A DNA stretch of 64,000 nucleotides. It comes from Alkalispirochaeta sp. Its GTDB lineage: Bacteria; Spirochaetota; Spirochaetia; DSM-27196; Alkalispirochaetaceae. The notes below the pieces were generated by a model. The model was not told the DNA's origin, searched no databases, and was given only the letters and a program-made list of their open reading frames with translations. Below, in pieces: positions 51,462-63,200 of the stretch; within the stretch, counting starts at the first letter, position 1; each line of letters opens with the position of its first letter. The position numbers and the translations under genes are program-made. The stretch is from NCBI GenBank assembly GCA_965242725.1, contig CBDESZ010000016.1:1-64000 (forward strand), written 5' to 3'.

Positions 51462-52157
51462 TTACGGGACGGTGATCGTATTGGCGTACGTGCCGTTCCG
51501 GAGCTCACATCCTTCCGTGCGACGGGCCCTCAGTTGGACCGTGTAGGGGCCCGCGGGCAGGTCCGGGACTTTTCCGTCTACGATTTTTGTACCGTGGCGG
51601 CTGTAGACCGTTGCGCGATACCCGGTGCCGGCGGCATCCACAAAGAAGACGCCTTCGTCCTCCGCTTCCGTATGGAAGGCAAGGCGGGCGCCGACGATGT
51701 GAAAGAGTTGCCCCGGAGAGAGCTCATCCGCCGCCGCAGGTTGATCCACGTTTGTAAGGGTTGAAATGACCGGCAGTTTTGGATTGAGCTGCTCCTCCAC
51801 GGAGATCGCCAGACGGTTCTGGATCTCCTGGTAGAAGCCGCGGTTTGGACGATACCGGAGCTTCATGCCCTGCGGGCCGATGTCAGGCGTGACGGGGCTC
51901 CCGTTTCGCTCGCCCCGTACGTGGGCGGCAAAGATGCCGAGGGGCGTCTGCACGGCGTTGCCCTTGGCGGTGTAGAAGACGAGTGCCTTCTTGAGTCGAT
52001 CTACGGCGAGACGCATGTCGTCCTCTTCCAACGCCGTATCCATCGCCATAAACCGCAGAATTTCTTCAAACTCCACGGTTACCCGATTGACCACACGCGG
52101 CCGTAGCGGCAGTCCGTTATGCAGCGTGTTTTCCACCAACGTGACTTGCAAAGGCAT
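51462..52157 (-). CDS. HU-like DNA-binding domain + Ig-like (DUF4469-like) protein
   Basis: KGNAVQTPLGIF HU-like strand, DEGVFFV and KVPDLPAGPYTV; AGGAGG SD. Confidence 0.75.
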   Translation of the reverse strand: MPLQVTLVENTLHNGLPLRPRVVNRVTVEFEEILRFMAMDTALEEDDMRLAVDRLKKALVFYTAKGNAVQTPLGIFAAHVRGERNGSPVTPDIGPQGMKLRYRPNRGFYQEIQNRLAISVEEQLNPKLPVISTLTNVDQPAAADELSPGQLFHIVGARLAFHTEAEDEGVFFVDAAGTGYRATVYSRHGTKIVDGKVPDLPAGPYTVQLRARRTEGCELRNGTYANTITVP

Positions 52158-52518
52158 AGCCACCTCCTGGGAACGTATTTACTCCGCCCGAGGCGGGAGT
52201 AGTCTCACGTATCCGGATCGAGTAACACAGGCGAGTGCAATGATCTTTCCTAGTATCGGTTCAGGAGGTTATAAATAAGAGTTATTTTTCCGTATTCTGT
52301 TGAAAATATTTCTAACTCGAATTCTGTATTTCGAACGTTCCAGACACACGATATGTTCGTTATATACACGCGATTCGTACATTCCATACGGCGCGTTTGT
52401 ACGTCACGTCCAAACAAAGAGTTCGTGACATTCAAACTGTGTGTTCGGGAGTTCCGGATATCGGGGAAGAAACCTTCTTTCATTGAAGGTCGTATCCTGC
52501 GTCGCTATATTCCATGTA

Positions 52519-54399
52519 ATGGCACGCTTCGGTCGTCACCGTATTACGATACTCGTCCTTGTCGCGCTCCTGTCCGGGATTGCCGGGTTCCGGTACTTCG
52601 GTACCCGGGAGGACGTTGCATTTCCCGATCTCCAGGGTCCCGACGGGGCAGCGGAGGTAGCGGTTTCACCTCCCCCGACGGATCCGGCTGCCTATCGGCT
52701 GCACGGCAGCGCTTCTCATGCCGCGGCGATACTGTTAACCGATACATCGTCGTCGTGGCTGGGCCTCGCACACGGTCTGAAGACGATGGGGGTACCTTTT
52801 ACGATTGTCACCGATATCGACGAGGCGCTGGAACACGACGTCGTGATCGTCTATCCCGCGCTGACCGGAAGCAGCCTGCCGCCGCACGCCCTGCAGGCGC
52901 TGGCCGCACACGTCAGATCCGGTGGAACCCTCGTTGGTTTTTCCGTGATCGGAGGGGGGATGCCGCCGGTCTTCGGATTCGACAGAGCAAACGAGGATGC
53001 GCGGCGCCGTGAAATGGTATTCACCGACTCGCCCTGGGTGCGGCGTTTTGCCGCCGACGCATTGGAGCGGCGCGTTCCCCTCGCGCCGCCCTCCGGTGAC
53101 GGGAGTCCGGTGCTGATCTTTGCCGGAGAGAAGCTGGAACCTGTCGCGCGGTACCGCGACGGCGGGGCGGCGATCGTTATGAATCGTTTTGACGCCGACG
53201 GCCGGACCGGTCGGGCCTACGCGGTCGGATTCGACATCGGTCACTACGTCCTGCGCGCCACAAACGGTCGCTTCGCGGAGATGGTTTCGAGTTACACAAA
53301 TACATACCAGCCCCAGGTCGACACGCTCCTCAGATTTCTTAAAACCGTCTATCGTGAGGGAGAACCGGACGCGGTGACGCTGGGTTTCACGCCCCATGGC
53401 AGGGATGTGACGATCGTGATGACCCACGATATCGACTTTACCCGTTCAATGGACAACGTGCGCACCTACGCCGATTATGAGTCGGGTGCAGACATTCCCG
53501 CGACCTATTTTATTCAGACGAAATACATGACCGACTACAACGATCGGGCGTTTTTCGGTCCGTCCCGGCAGGAGGATCTCCGCTATCTGGAGGCGCGCGG
53601 TATGGAGATCGCCAGTCACGGCGTCTCTCATTCAAACGAATTTCGTTCGATGCCCCTCGGTACCGGCCTTGAGCGGTACCCGGACTACGAGCCCTTCGTA
53701 GAATCCTTTACCGAGGTACGGGACGGCTCCGTACTGGGAGAGCTTCGGGTCAGCAAATTTCTCCTTGAGTCATTGTCTGCGTCGAACGTGTCGTCGTTCC
53801 GGCCGGGGCACCTGTCGCACCCCGACTTCCTCCCCGAGGCGCTCGATGCGGTCGGGTATCGTAACAGCTCCAGCATGACCGCCAATGAAGCGATGACGCA
53901 CTTCCCCTATCAGTTGACCCACAGTCGCGGGTACGCCACGGAAGTCGACGTCTTCGAGTTCCCCATAACGATAGAAGACGAGTACGGAAGCCTGACCGAC
54001 AGAATTGACGCGTCGATCGCCCTGGCCGATCGGATCGCTTCCCGCGGCGGCCTCGTCAACGTGCTGATCCACACCGACGTGGCGGGTGAGAAGCTTGCAT
54101 TTGAAAAGCGCTTCGTGGAGGCCTTTCGCGATCGGGCGTGGTTCTCGACCCTCGGAGACTTCGGCGAGTGGTGGCGCGCCCGGGATGAAGTGACCCTGGA
54201 GGTCGTTCGTGAGTCCGACGATCGCCGTCTCCTGATCCTCGAGGCTCCCTTTGAACTGGAAGGGCTGACCCTTCAGGTGCCGGAGCGCTGGCAGCTCGTC
54301 CATTCACCCGTTGCGGCGCGACAGGAAGGAACCGCCGTCGTCGTGGAGGCACTTTCCGGCGTCACACGCCTCCCGTTTCACGTGCGATCTGTCCCCTGA
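52519..54399 (+). CDS. Polysaccharide deacetylase family protein
   Basis: MTHDID, ATYFI, EIASHGVSH and FRPGHL NodB-like motifs; N-terminal TM/signal segment. Confidence 0.82.
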   Translation: MARFGRHRITILVLVALLSGIAGFRYFGTREDVAFPDLQGPDGAAEVAVSPPPTDPAAYRLHGSASHAAAILLTDTSSSWLGLAHGLKTMGVPFTIVTDIDEALEHDVVIVYPALTGSSLPPHALQALAAHVRSGGTLVGFSVIGGGMPPVFGFDRANEDARRREMVFTDSPWVRRFAADALERRVPLAPPSGDGSPVLIFAGEKLEPVARYRDGGAAIVMNRFDADGRTGRAYAVGFDIGHYVLRATNGRFAEMVSSYTNTYQPQVDTLLRFLKTVYREGEPDAVTLGFTPHGRDVTIVMTHDIDFTRSMDNVRTYADYESGADIPATYFIQTKYMTDYNDRAFFGPSRQEDLRYLEARGMEIASHGVSHSNEFRSMPLGTGLERYPDYEPFVESFTEVRDGSVLGELRVSKFLLESLSASNVSSFRPGHLSHPDFLPEALDAVGYRNSSSMTANEAMTHFPYQLTHSRGYATEVDVFEFPITIEDEYGSLTDRIDASIALADRIASRGGLVNVLIHTDVAGEKLAFEKRFVEAFRDRAWFSTLGDFGEWWRARDEVTLEVVRESDDRRLLILEAPFELEGLTLQVPERWQLVHSPVAARQEGTAVVVEALSGVTRLPFHVRSVP

Positions 54400-54471
54400 A
54401 CGGCGTGCCGGGCGGTGCGACCGTTTCGCGGGTCGTTTTACTCAACCGATACCGATGCGTATCTTGACCAC

Positions 54472-54915
54472 ATGAAACACGTACCAATCTGTGTTGTTTC
54501 ACTCTTTTTCATGGTCGCCTCGGTCGCCGTCGGGCAGGACAATACGGCTTCCCCCGGGAGCGACGCCGCCGATCCCCGCGCCGCGTTACCGGCTACATGT
54601 ACCTCGGATCTCGATTTTGCCCAGGTTCGGGACGTCCGTGCGTCGCGGGAAGGCGACACGTGGAGCTTTTCCGTTACGGTAGAACACAATGATGAGGGAT
54701 GGGACCATTACGCCGACGCGTGGGTCGTCGTGAACCCGGAGACGGGTGAGGTGTACGGGGAAAGGGTCCTTCTGCACCCCCATGATACCGAACAGCCCTT
54801 TACCCGACATCTCAGTGGTGTGGAGATTCCTGACGATGTCGAAACAGTGCTTGTGGCCGCGCGGTGTTCGGTTCACGGATATGGAGGATGCGGCGTTCTC
54901 GTTTCTGTGGATTAA
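54472..54915 (+). CDS. Conserved exported hypothetical protein
   Basis: Signal peptide; FSVTVEHNDEGWDHYADAW, RVLLHPH, ARCSVHGYGG. Confidence 0.75.
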   Translation: MKHVPICVVSLFFMVASVAVGQDNTASPGSDAADPRAALPATCTSDLDFAQVRDVRASREGDTWSFSVTVEHNDEGWDHYADAWVVVNPETGEVYGERVLLHPHDTEQPFTRHLSGVEIPDDVETVLVAARCSVHGYGGCGVLVSVD

Positions 54916-54988
54916 CCCGTTAGACGGAGACGCAGCCGTACCGGCAGTCCGTTTTGCAACGTATGTGGAAGATCCGGGGTTTGCGTCA

Positions 54989-55600
54989 TCACAACGCCAG
55001 GATTCCATCCTGCAAGGCAATCACCACCGCCTCGGTGCGCCCCTCGGCGCCAAGCTTGCGGAAAATCGCCGAGAGGTGATATTTGACGGTGTTTTCCGAA
55101 ATCCCCAGGGACAAGGCGATTCCGCGATTGCTCCATCCCTCGGAGAGCTTCTGCAGGACGTCCCGTTCCCGGGGCGTGAGGGTTACGCCGACGCCGTCGA
55201 TTTCATCTTCAGCGGTGGCGTCGCGGTAGCGGCTGTCCCGGTAACGGCCGCCCCGGACGGCGAGGATAATCGCCGCCTCCACCTCGCGCCACGTCCACGG
55301 CTCCGACAGAATCGCCGTCCCCTCCCGCCGGGCGAGCTCTCCGGCGCTCTCCTCCCCGGCTTCTTCTTCCCCGGCCCCACGCGCAAGGAGGGCGACAACC
55401 GGAAGTTCCGGCGGAACACGCTTCAGGATCCACCCCACCTCGTCGGCGTCGCTGTGGTGGAGGAGGAGCGCATCGATCGGGGTGGCGTCCAGCTCCAGTG
55501 AGCCCGGGTGGGCAAACTGAAAGGCAAACTCCATCTCCGGGAGGGCTGATCGTGCGTCCTCAAGAAATGACTCCGTCCGGCTCACCACCCCGACAGTCAC
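54989..55600 (-). CDS. LuxR/NarL-type HTH regulator with a degenerate receiver domain
   Basis: LTPRERDVLQKLSEGWSNRGIALSLGISENTVKYHLSAIFRKLG; GTG start just after the upstream stop. Confidence 0.88.
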   Translation of the reverse strand: MTVGVVSRTESFLEDARSALPEMEFAFQFAHPGSLELDATPIDALLLHHSDADEVGWILKRVPPELPVVALLARGAGEEEAGEESAGELARREGTAILSEPWTWREVEAAIILAVRGGRYRDSRYRDATAEDEIDGVGVTLTPRERDVLQKLSEGWSNRGIALSLGISENTVKYHLSAIFRKLGAEGRTEAVVIALQDGILAL

Positions 55601-55601
55601 G

Positions 55602-56690
55602 TCAATCCGCCTCTCCGTGGTGGTGTCCGTGGAGCCCGCCATGCCCGTGCCCGTGGCCGTGATGCCCGTCCCGGCCACGGTGGTGACCGTGTCCCCGTCC
55701 TCTCCGGCCTCCACCGCAGCACCCCTCGCCGTGGCCGCCGCCGTGCCCGTGGTGCCCGCCGTGACCGTGATGGTGGTCATGCCGGCGCTCGGCAAGGGTG
55801 ACCTCCACATTCCGCGTCTCACCGCCCCGGAGGTAGTGCACATCAACCGTCCGTCCCGGGGGACCCATGAGGGCGGCAAAGAGTGACTCCGCACTCTCAA
55901 CATCGACATCACCCACACGCACAACGATATCGCCAACCCGCAAGCCCGCACGCTCCGCCGGAGAATCCGCCTCCACATCGACGAGGAGATAGCCCGACGT
56001 GCGCCCCGCCTTATCGCCGTCAAGGGACGCCGTCTTCCCGCGGGTGCCCAGGTAGGCGACGGTAATGCGGCCGTGGGTGCGCAGGGAATCGACTATTTCC
56101 GAGAGATCCTTCCAGACCATGAAGAGATTGTCGCCGCGATCGTGGCCCGGAAGAGCCAGGGCTACCGCATCGCCGGTGGGTGCAATCAGGGGCGCACCGG
56201 AAAAGCCGGGATAGGAAAGCGCGTCAGTCTGCAGATAGCTTGAAAGGAGACGGCCCGAGGGGAGACGGAATGGTTCGCCCACACACCGGACCATTTCAAG
56301 CCGGGACTCGACACTCTGGGACGACGGAAACGCTACCGATACCGCAAGGGAGCCCACCCTGGGGAGGGCATCGCCCTGCGCATCGCCTCCCCCGCCGCCG
56401 GAAGCCGTGACGGGTGTGAGGGGGAGCGACTTGTCGTGGCGAATGAGGGTCACGCCGCTCGTCTCGTCAAAACCGATCACCTCGCCTTCCGCCTCCGAGC
56501 CGTCCGGCCCGCGCAGCCGGACGGTCTCACCGATAGTTGCGTCCATCGCGACGGTGACGATCTCTTCGCCTGAAAATACGACGCCGGTACGTCCCTGCGC
56601 ACCCGGCGCCGAAACATGGACGATCGACCGCGACGCCGTCGCCACCAGCTCCGCAAGGTCCCGGGAAAGTGCCTGCAACATATCACTCAT
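55602..56690 (-). CDS. S1C (HtrA-like) protease-fold protein with PDZ domain and His/Gly-rich tail
   Basis: LQTDALSYPGFSGAPL, SPAERAGLRVGDIV, C-terminal HDHHHGHGGHHG. Confidence 0.85.
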   Translation of the reverse strand: MSDMLQALSRDLAELVATASRSIVHVSAPGAQGRTGVVFSGEEIVTVAMDATIGETVRLRGPDGSEAEGEVIGFDETSGVTLIRHDKSLPLTPVTASGGGGGDAQGDALPRVGSLAVSVAFPSSQSVESRLEMVRCVGEPFRLPSGRLLSSYLQTDALSYPGFSGAPLIAPTGDAVALALPGHDRGDNLFMVWKDLSEIVDSLRTHGRITVAYLGTRGKTASLDGDKAGRTSGYLLVDVEADSPAERAGLRVGDIVVRVGDVDVESAESLFAALMGPPGRTVDVHYLRGGETRNVEVTLAERRHDHHHGHGGHHGHGGGHGEGCCGGGRRGRGHGHHRGRDGHHGHGHGHGGLHGHHHGEAD

Positions 56691-56864
56691 AGTGCCTCCT
56701 TTATGCATCTCCCACAACGTACCGCGGGTATGCATCGCAGGGTACTACCGGAATGGGTGGGGCGTACAAACTGTCCTCAGAAGGCTTTGTTCTCAACTTG
56801 ACAAGTTGACAGATTCGTCCGCCGATGACTTCAGGATTACCGAAGACGAACTCCTTCGCCTGAA

Positions 56865-57266
56865 ATGAACTATCTCCTGGACACCCATACGTTCATCTGG
56901 TCTTTCAGCCGGTCCGATTTGATTCCGAAGCGGACACGCCGGAAAATGCAGAATCCGGCGAATACCGTATTCATAAGCGCGGTCAACCTGTGGGAGCTTT
57001 CGATCAAGAGCAGATTGAAAAAGATCGACCTCGGTGGCGTGACGATGGATGAGCTCATCGGATTGGCCAAAGAAATGGAATTTGAGCTGATCAGTCTGTC
57101 ACCCGAGGAAGCCGCCACCTATTGCCGGCTCGAAGAAGACAGTCATTTTGACCCCTTTGACAGAATGCTTATCCGGCAGGCGATACGGCGAAACCTCGTG
57201 TTGATCAGCAGAGATACCGAGTTTGAGAAGTTTGTTCCCCATGGATTGAGACTGTTGTGGGAGTAA
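56865..57266 (+). CDS. VapC/PIN toxin
   Basis: YLLDTHTFIW, ISAVNLWE and HFDPFDRMLI motifs. Confidence 0.9.
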   Translation: MNYLLDTHTFIWSFSRSDLIPKRTRRKMQNPANTVFISAVNLWELSIKSRLKKIDLGGVTMDELIGLAKEMEFELISLSPEEAATYCRLEEDSHFDPFDRMLIRQAIRRNLVLISRDTEFEKFVPHGLRLLWE

Positions 57267-57284
57267 CCACGCAACACACCTGAT

Positions 57285-57821
57285 TTATTCGATACGCAAT
57301 CCCGCCAGCTTGATTTCTTCTCTGCAATCCCGGGCAAGAATGCGGGCCAGCTCTCTGCGGCCCCGTCGGACCCGGGACTTTGCCCCGGAAACGGTGATAC
57401 GGAGGGTCCTGGCGATATCGACGAATCTGCGATTGTCCAGGTGGCATTGGACCAAGGCGTCACGGTATTCCGGTTTGAGTGCGGCGATGTATGTGGGAAG
57501 CCACCCGGCAAGGGAACGCCGTTCTTCCAGAACCTCGTCGGGTTCCTCAACAGGAACGTCGTATTCCAGGGGAATGTCCCGCCCCTGTCGTCCCTGTTTT
57601 CTTATATGGTCGGTAATCGCATTTCTGGCGACGGCGTAGAGCCAGGAATCGCGCCGCTCCGGAAGTTTTCGGCGTTGTGTGGCGGTACAGATCTTTGCAA
57701 ATATCTCCTGCACGCATTCTTCCGCGTCGTCGTGATTGCCGATTTGCCGCATCGCCATGCGACGGAAGACGACGGCACATTCATTCCAGATCGTTTCGAT
57801 ATCCCATTCCTGATATGCCAT
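57285..57821 (-). CDS. ECF sigma-70 factor (SigZ-like)
   Basis: DAEECVQEIF, SWLYAVARNAITD, SGAKSRVRRGR. Confidence 0.88.
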   Translation of the reverse strand: MAYQEWDIETIWNECAVVFRRMAMRQIGNHDDAEECVQEIFAKICTATQRRKLPERRDSWLYAVARNAITDHIRKQGRQGRDIPLEYDVPVEEPDEVLEERRSLAGWLPTYIAALKPEYRDALVQCHLDNRRFVDIARTLRITVSGAKSRVRRGRRELARILARDCREEIKLAGLRIE

Positions 57822-57930
57822 AGTCTTCGTTTAATATAGCCGTAGACCGCCCGTTCCGTAAAATCGAATAATGCCGCCTGTTTTGCGTCCTTTTGAGAGT
57901 CTTCTCGTCCTGTAGGGCAGGGAGGACAAC

Positions 57931-58572
57931 ATGTTACGACTTTTTACGGCGATTCTTCTTGGAATGAGCAGCAGCGTCACCTGTCCGAGCAACACATTGC
58001 TGATACATCACGGAGGCCGGTCTGCTCTTGTGGTTACCCTTGCGGTTGCCCTTTGCGCGGTCCTCGGAGATACGGCAGTGCTGCTGCTCCTGCTCCGGGT
58101 CGTTCCGGAATCGCTCCGTGCGACCGTTACGGGCCAGTACTGGTTCTGGATGGTCGGTGCGCTGATTATGGGGTATATCGCCGTCGGGCAGCTGCGCAGC
58201 GGGCGCTCGGATTCTCATGAGAGTGCGGTGGCCGGGACGACCGCCTCCAGGAAACGCGCGTCATCGGGGCGTCCCTTGCGGTCGGCGTTTTCCGGCTTTT
58301 CCGTCACCGCCTTCAATCCCTTCACCTGGGTATGGTGGATCGGGCTGTTTGGACCGGGGATCGCCACGGACGGCACGATCCGGTATGAATTCTTCGGCGG
58401 GATTCTTATCGGGGCGACCCTGTGGTTTACTTTGCTGGCGACTGTCGTTCACATGGTGCGCGGACACATGACCCAGCGGGCCGACACGGCGATACATATC
58501 GTAAGCTTCGGTATCCTCGGTACCTATGCGATATGGTTGGTGGTGGAGGGGCTAAGCCGACTGATAGTCTAA
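57931..58572 (+). CDS. LysE-family translocator-like membrane protein
   Basis: Multiple TM helices; GFSVTAFNPFTWVWW motif. Confidence 0.75.
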   Translation: MLRLFTAILLGMSSSVTCPSNTLLIHHGGRSALVVTLAVALCAVLGDTAVLLLLLRVVPESLRATVTGQYWFWMVGALIMGYIAVGQLRSGRSDSHESAVAGTTASRKRASSGRPLRSAFSGFSVTAFNPFTWVWWIGLFGPGIATDGTIRYEFFGGILIGATLWFTLLATVVHMVRGHMTQRADTAIHIVSFGILGTYAIWLVVEGLSRLIV

Positions 58573-58629
58573 GGGTTCGTAATTGACCAGGGATTGATCA
58601 CCTCGGACTCAGTCGATGTAATACTCACC

Positions 58630-59016
58630 ATGAATCGTTCGATCACGTATAAACAGATATTTGCTCCTGCAATCGGCATGGCCCTCGCCGGCATGGTTGC
58701 CCTCATCTGGCTCAGTCTCGGCGTCGGGATTATCGGTGCCGACGGAGACCCCGCCAACCGCATGTACCTTGGAGTTGTACTTGTCACTGCCGTTGGATCG
58801 GGGATCGCACGATTCCGGCCGGTGGGCATGGCGCGAACGATGATAGCCGCGGCAATTGTCCAGGCGGTTATCACTGCCGTCGCATTGTTCGGTCGCCTCG
58901 GTCTGCCATACAGCGGACCGGCGGAAATCCTCGGACTGAACGCTCTTTTCATAGCGTGGTTTGTCGCATCGGCCCGTATCTTCTACCGCGCGGCGAAGGG
59001 TAGAATGACACCATGA
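58630..59016 (+). CDS. Small four-TM membrane protein
   Basis: WLSLGVGIIG..GDPAN and RFRPVGMARTM. Confidence 0.7.
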   Translation: MNRSITYKQIFAPAIGMALAGMVALIWLSLGVGIIGADGDPANRMYLGVVLVTAVGSGIARFRPVGMARTMIAAAIVQAVITAVALFGRLGLPYSGPAEILGLNALFIAWFVASARIFYRAAKGRMTP

Positions 59017-59327
59017 CTTCACCACAGATGACAATTGATCTGCTTTACTTTAATGGATGCCCCTCATACCGACAGGCGTGGGATGACATACTCGACGTCC
59101 TCGTCGAGGAAAAGATCGATGCTACGGTGCGGCTCGTTGCCGTGGAAGATATGGACCGTGCCAGGGAACTTCAGTTCGCCGGTTCACCGACGATTAAAGT
59201 CAACGGTCGGGACCTGGAGGACTACCGGGGAGAGGGCGTCCTGGCGTGCCGGATCTACAATGAAAACGAAGGAAAGGGGTGGCCCAGCAAAGAGCTGCTG
59301 CGGGGGCGCGTGAAGAGCGCTTTGTAG
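59013..59327 (+). CDS. Thioredoxin-like protein (DUF2703-like)
   Basis: LLYFNGCPS, FAGSPTIKVNGRD, LACRIY. Confidence 0.78.
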   Translation: MTSPQMTIDLLYFNGCPSYRQAWDDILDVLVEEKIDATVRLVAVEDMDRARELQFAGSPTIKVNGRDLEDYRGEGVLACRIYNENEGKGWPSKELLRGRVKSAL

Positions 59328-59380
59328 GAGCCGCCGACTAATCGCCGGATCGCGGCGTTGTTCCGGCAAAACCGGGCGTA

Positions 59381-60640
59381 TTAAATCGTCCCGTAGGTAA
59401 GGCGTCGCCAGAGCCATTCCAGCGGTCCGTAATTGTGGCGGCGGAGCCACCACCGGCTCACCGGTATCTGCAACGCATACAACCCAATGGCAAGGAAGAA
59501 ACCGGTAACCAGGCTGGTTGTGCCGAACATGCCGAATCCATAGCCGTAGGCCAGGGTACTCATCACGATTGAATGGGTTATGTAATTGGTGAGAGCCATC
59601 CTGCCCACCGGCGCCAGGGGCATCAGAAGACGTGCGCCCCGTGCAGTCCTGCTTAAGAGCACGATGCCGGCAATGTAGGAGAGGGAGAGCAGCACGCTGC
59701 CGATTCCAAGGGCGATGACCTGGGCGAGCTGCAGGAGGGTGAACACCTCGATACCCAGCTTGTTCTGTTCAAATCCCGTGGCGCCGACAAAGAGATTGAG
59801 TAACAGCCCCACCGGAAGCGCCCACGAAAGGAGCCGCCGAAAGAGGGCGGTATTGGATTCGATATTTGAGAACCAGCCCTTCTTACCGGCGCGCAGTCCC
59901 AGCAGAAACATACCCAGCACGCTGGGCGCCATAAAGAGCGTCGTAGAGGTAGTCAGCCCGAAAAACTCAAAGAAGCGGAACCGCGTAACCTCCCACCACG
60001 AACCGCCGCCGTACACGGCGGCCGCCGCGGCACCTTCCGCCCGGACCTCTTCCTGTACCTCATGAAATGCCGCCTCCACCTGTGCGTAGGCACCCGTCTC
60101 GGGAGGAGCCGCACGGGCGAGTTCGATCATACCCGCCGATAGGGCGATAAAGAGCATGGGAAGGATGAGAAATATCAGCGCCCAGATGAGAAGCGTCTTC
60201 GGCGAGCGCTTCCGGAAGAGCATCACCGTGAGAAATCCGATCACGGCATAGAGGAACAGTATGTCCCCGGTCCAGAGCAGGGCCCCGTGGGCGACGCCGA
60301 AGAGGGCGAGCACCAGGAGGCGCCGCACATAGGTGGGGAGAAAGGGGACGCCCCTCGACTGTGCCCGGGAGAATTGTATCGCCATTCCCAAGCCGAAGAG
60401 AAATGAAAAGAGGGTGTAAAACTTGGAGACGAAGAAGGTATTGGTGATGAACATCACCACCCGCTCTCCCGTGGTGGATTCGGCGGTTATCAGCGGCGTG
60501 GTCCAGTGGTTGAAAAAGTACAACACATTTACGACCAGGATTCCCAGGATGGCGAATCCCCGGAGGACGTCGATTACCTGTATCCGTTCCTGAGACGCGA
60601 CGGGGCGGATCGCGACGGGGCCGATATCGTGGGAATCCAT
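59381..60640 (-). CDS. DUF418 (YeiB-like) membrane protein
   Basis: RIQVIDVLRGFAILGI, GDILFLYA, GRMALTNY, GPLEWLWRRLTY. Confidence 0.92.
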   Translation of the reverse strand: MDSHDIGPVAIRPVASQERIQVIDVLRGFAILGILVVNVLYFFNHWTTPLITAESTTGERVVMFITNTFFVSKFYTLFSFLFGLGMAIQFSRAQSRGVPFLPTYVRRLLVLALFGVAHGALLWTGDILFLYAVIGFLTVMLFRKRSPKTLLIWALIFLILPMLFIALSAGMIELARAAPPETGAYAQVEAAFHEVQEEVRAEGAAAAAVYGGGSWWEVTRFRFFEFFGLTTSTTLFMAPSVLGMFLLGLRAGKKGWFSNIESNTALFRRLLSWALPVGLLLNLFVGATGFEQNKLGIEVFTLLQLAQVIALGIGSVLLSLSYIAGIVLLSRTARGARLLMPLAPVGRMALTNYITHSIVMSTLAYGYGFGMFGTTSLVTGFFLAIGLYALQIPVSRWWLRRHNYGPLEWLWRRLTYGTI

Positions 60641-60667
60641 ACAAGCCTCCTTCCTGTTATCTCCCGA

Positions 60668-61837
<1,170 letters not shown>

Positions 61838-62032
61838 CTATTTCTTCTGTTGGAGTTTCATGATCGCATCGAAAATGGTATCGACGGTTTCGCCCTCAAA
61901 GAGCTTCTCTCGTTCCTTGGTGTAGTCCCCACTGCCGGGATTCTGGTCCTGAAGGAACGTAATGAATCCGTCAGGGCCAAGTTCGCGAAACAGAAGTTCG
62001 AGACCGGCTTTCCGTATCTGTGCGGGGCTCAA
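61838..62032 (-). CDS. Small putative antitoxin downstream of the PIN gene
   Basis: IRKAGLELLFRELGP...GSGDYTKER; start uncertain. Confidence 0.6.
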   Translation of the reverse strand: MSPAQIRKAGLELLFRELGPDGFITFLQDQNPGSGDYTKEREKLFEGETVDTIFDAIMKLQQKK

Positions 62033-62037
62033 GTTAT

Positions 62038-62489
62038 CTACATCGATAATTCGTCTCTCTCCTCAATCCAATTCATGGGGTTTCGGACTCTCACCCGAAC
62101 CAGGTCACTGTTGGCCGCGCCCTGCTTAATCAGCTTATCGTCCACGGTGAAAAGAACCTCCGCGCCCGCTCGTTCAGCCAAAACGACGTGAGCCGCACCA
62201 TCGGCCCGAACCCTCGTTCGGCAAGCTTCCGTGCCCGAATGCGGTCCTCTTCGGTCACCGTAAGCATCGTACTCATCATACCCATAAGGTACGCAATTTG
62301 TTGACGAGTATCGAAGTTTGGATTCCGTCCCACTTCGAAGGTGAGAACCGTGCTGCCGACCCATTCTAAGTCTCCATTCTTGACCCGTCGAAGGAGAAAG
62401 CGTACCGCCTCGGATTCCAGCCGAACCCGCTCCTGAGCCTGGTCGTCAAAGGGGTGAGATAGGCAGCAAACATCGAAGTAGACTTTCAC
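62038..62489 (-). pseudogene. PIN-domain protein with a frameshift near 62200
   Basis: MKVYFDVCCLSHPFDDQ in one frame; AAHVVLAE...FTVDDKL...VRNP in another. Confidence 0.75.
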
Positions 62490-62699
62490 GATTCTCGTCC
62501 CCGGTGCTTCATAGGTACAATCATTATATCGTGCATCGGCCTTTGGTTCGATTCCTCATGCCGTTCACGCGACATACAGCTCATTCTCCATCGGATGGTA
62601 CACCCGTTGAAGCTTCTTTCGTGAGTCAGTCATCCGTTTGGTGTAGCCGGCGGGATGATGCGATACCGCTTCCGGCTCTTGCCGCCGACAACTCCAACG

Positions 62700-63200
62700 A
62701 AACCACAAAGTTCACCGGGTCGTTCCCTACGTAGACATACCAGTTATCCCCGTCTCTAATGGGATCCACCGTCGTAAATCGCCCCACCGCGGGCGTCGTG
62801 ATCCGCCGTCGTGCCAGGGAAGCCACGGGTGATCGAGGCCGGGGTTGAACTCCGTGTCCCGGTACTCCGCCACGGGATTCATGGTGAGTCCGTCGTAGAG
62901 ATACTCCGTCACACTTTCGTTGTCCCAGCTCCGTTGCCATCGACTGCCGAAGCTCACCGTCTGGTACTCCGCCCGGCTCACCCGTCTGCCCAGAGCGTCG
63001 TACTCGTAGCGTATTCCCGACTCCAGTTCCCACTCGTGCCGTCCCCAGTGGTAACGGCCGACCAGACCTTCCACCTCGGTGTTTACATCCACCACGCGGT
63101 TCTCCGGGCTGTAGGCGTAGACCACTTGGAGGTTTCCCAGCGCTTCGCCGGTGAGGTTGCCGTTCTCATCGTAGGTTTCGAAGGAATCTGGACGCCCCCG
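62700..63200 (-). pseudogene. Rhs/YD-repeat remnant
   Basis: YDENGNL, YAYSPENR, YEYDALGRRVSR, and the core end GRFTTVDPIRDGDNWYVYVGNDPVNFV lacking the DPxG; frame changes and internal deletion. Confidence 0.8.

Noticed and set aside
55601..56023. Thr/Gly-rich N-terminal extension of the LuxR ORF
   Set aside because: It is an alternative-frame reading of the upstream gene's PDZ domain and His-rich tail; a GTG start with SD at 55600 is more plausible.
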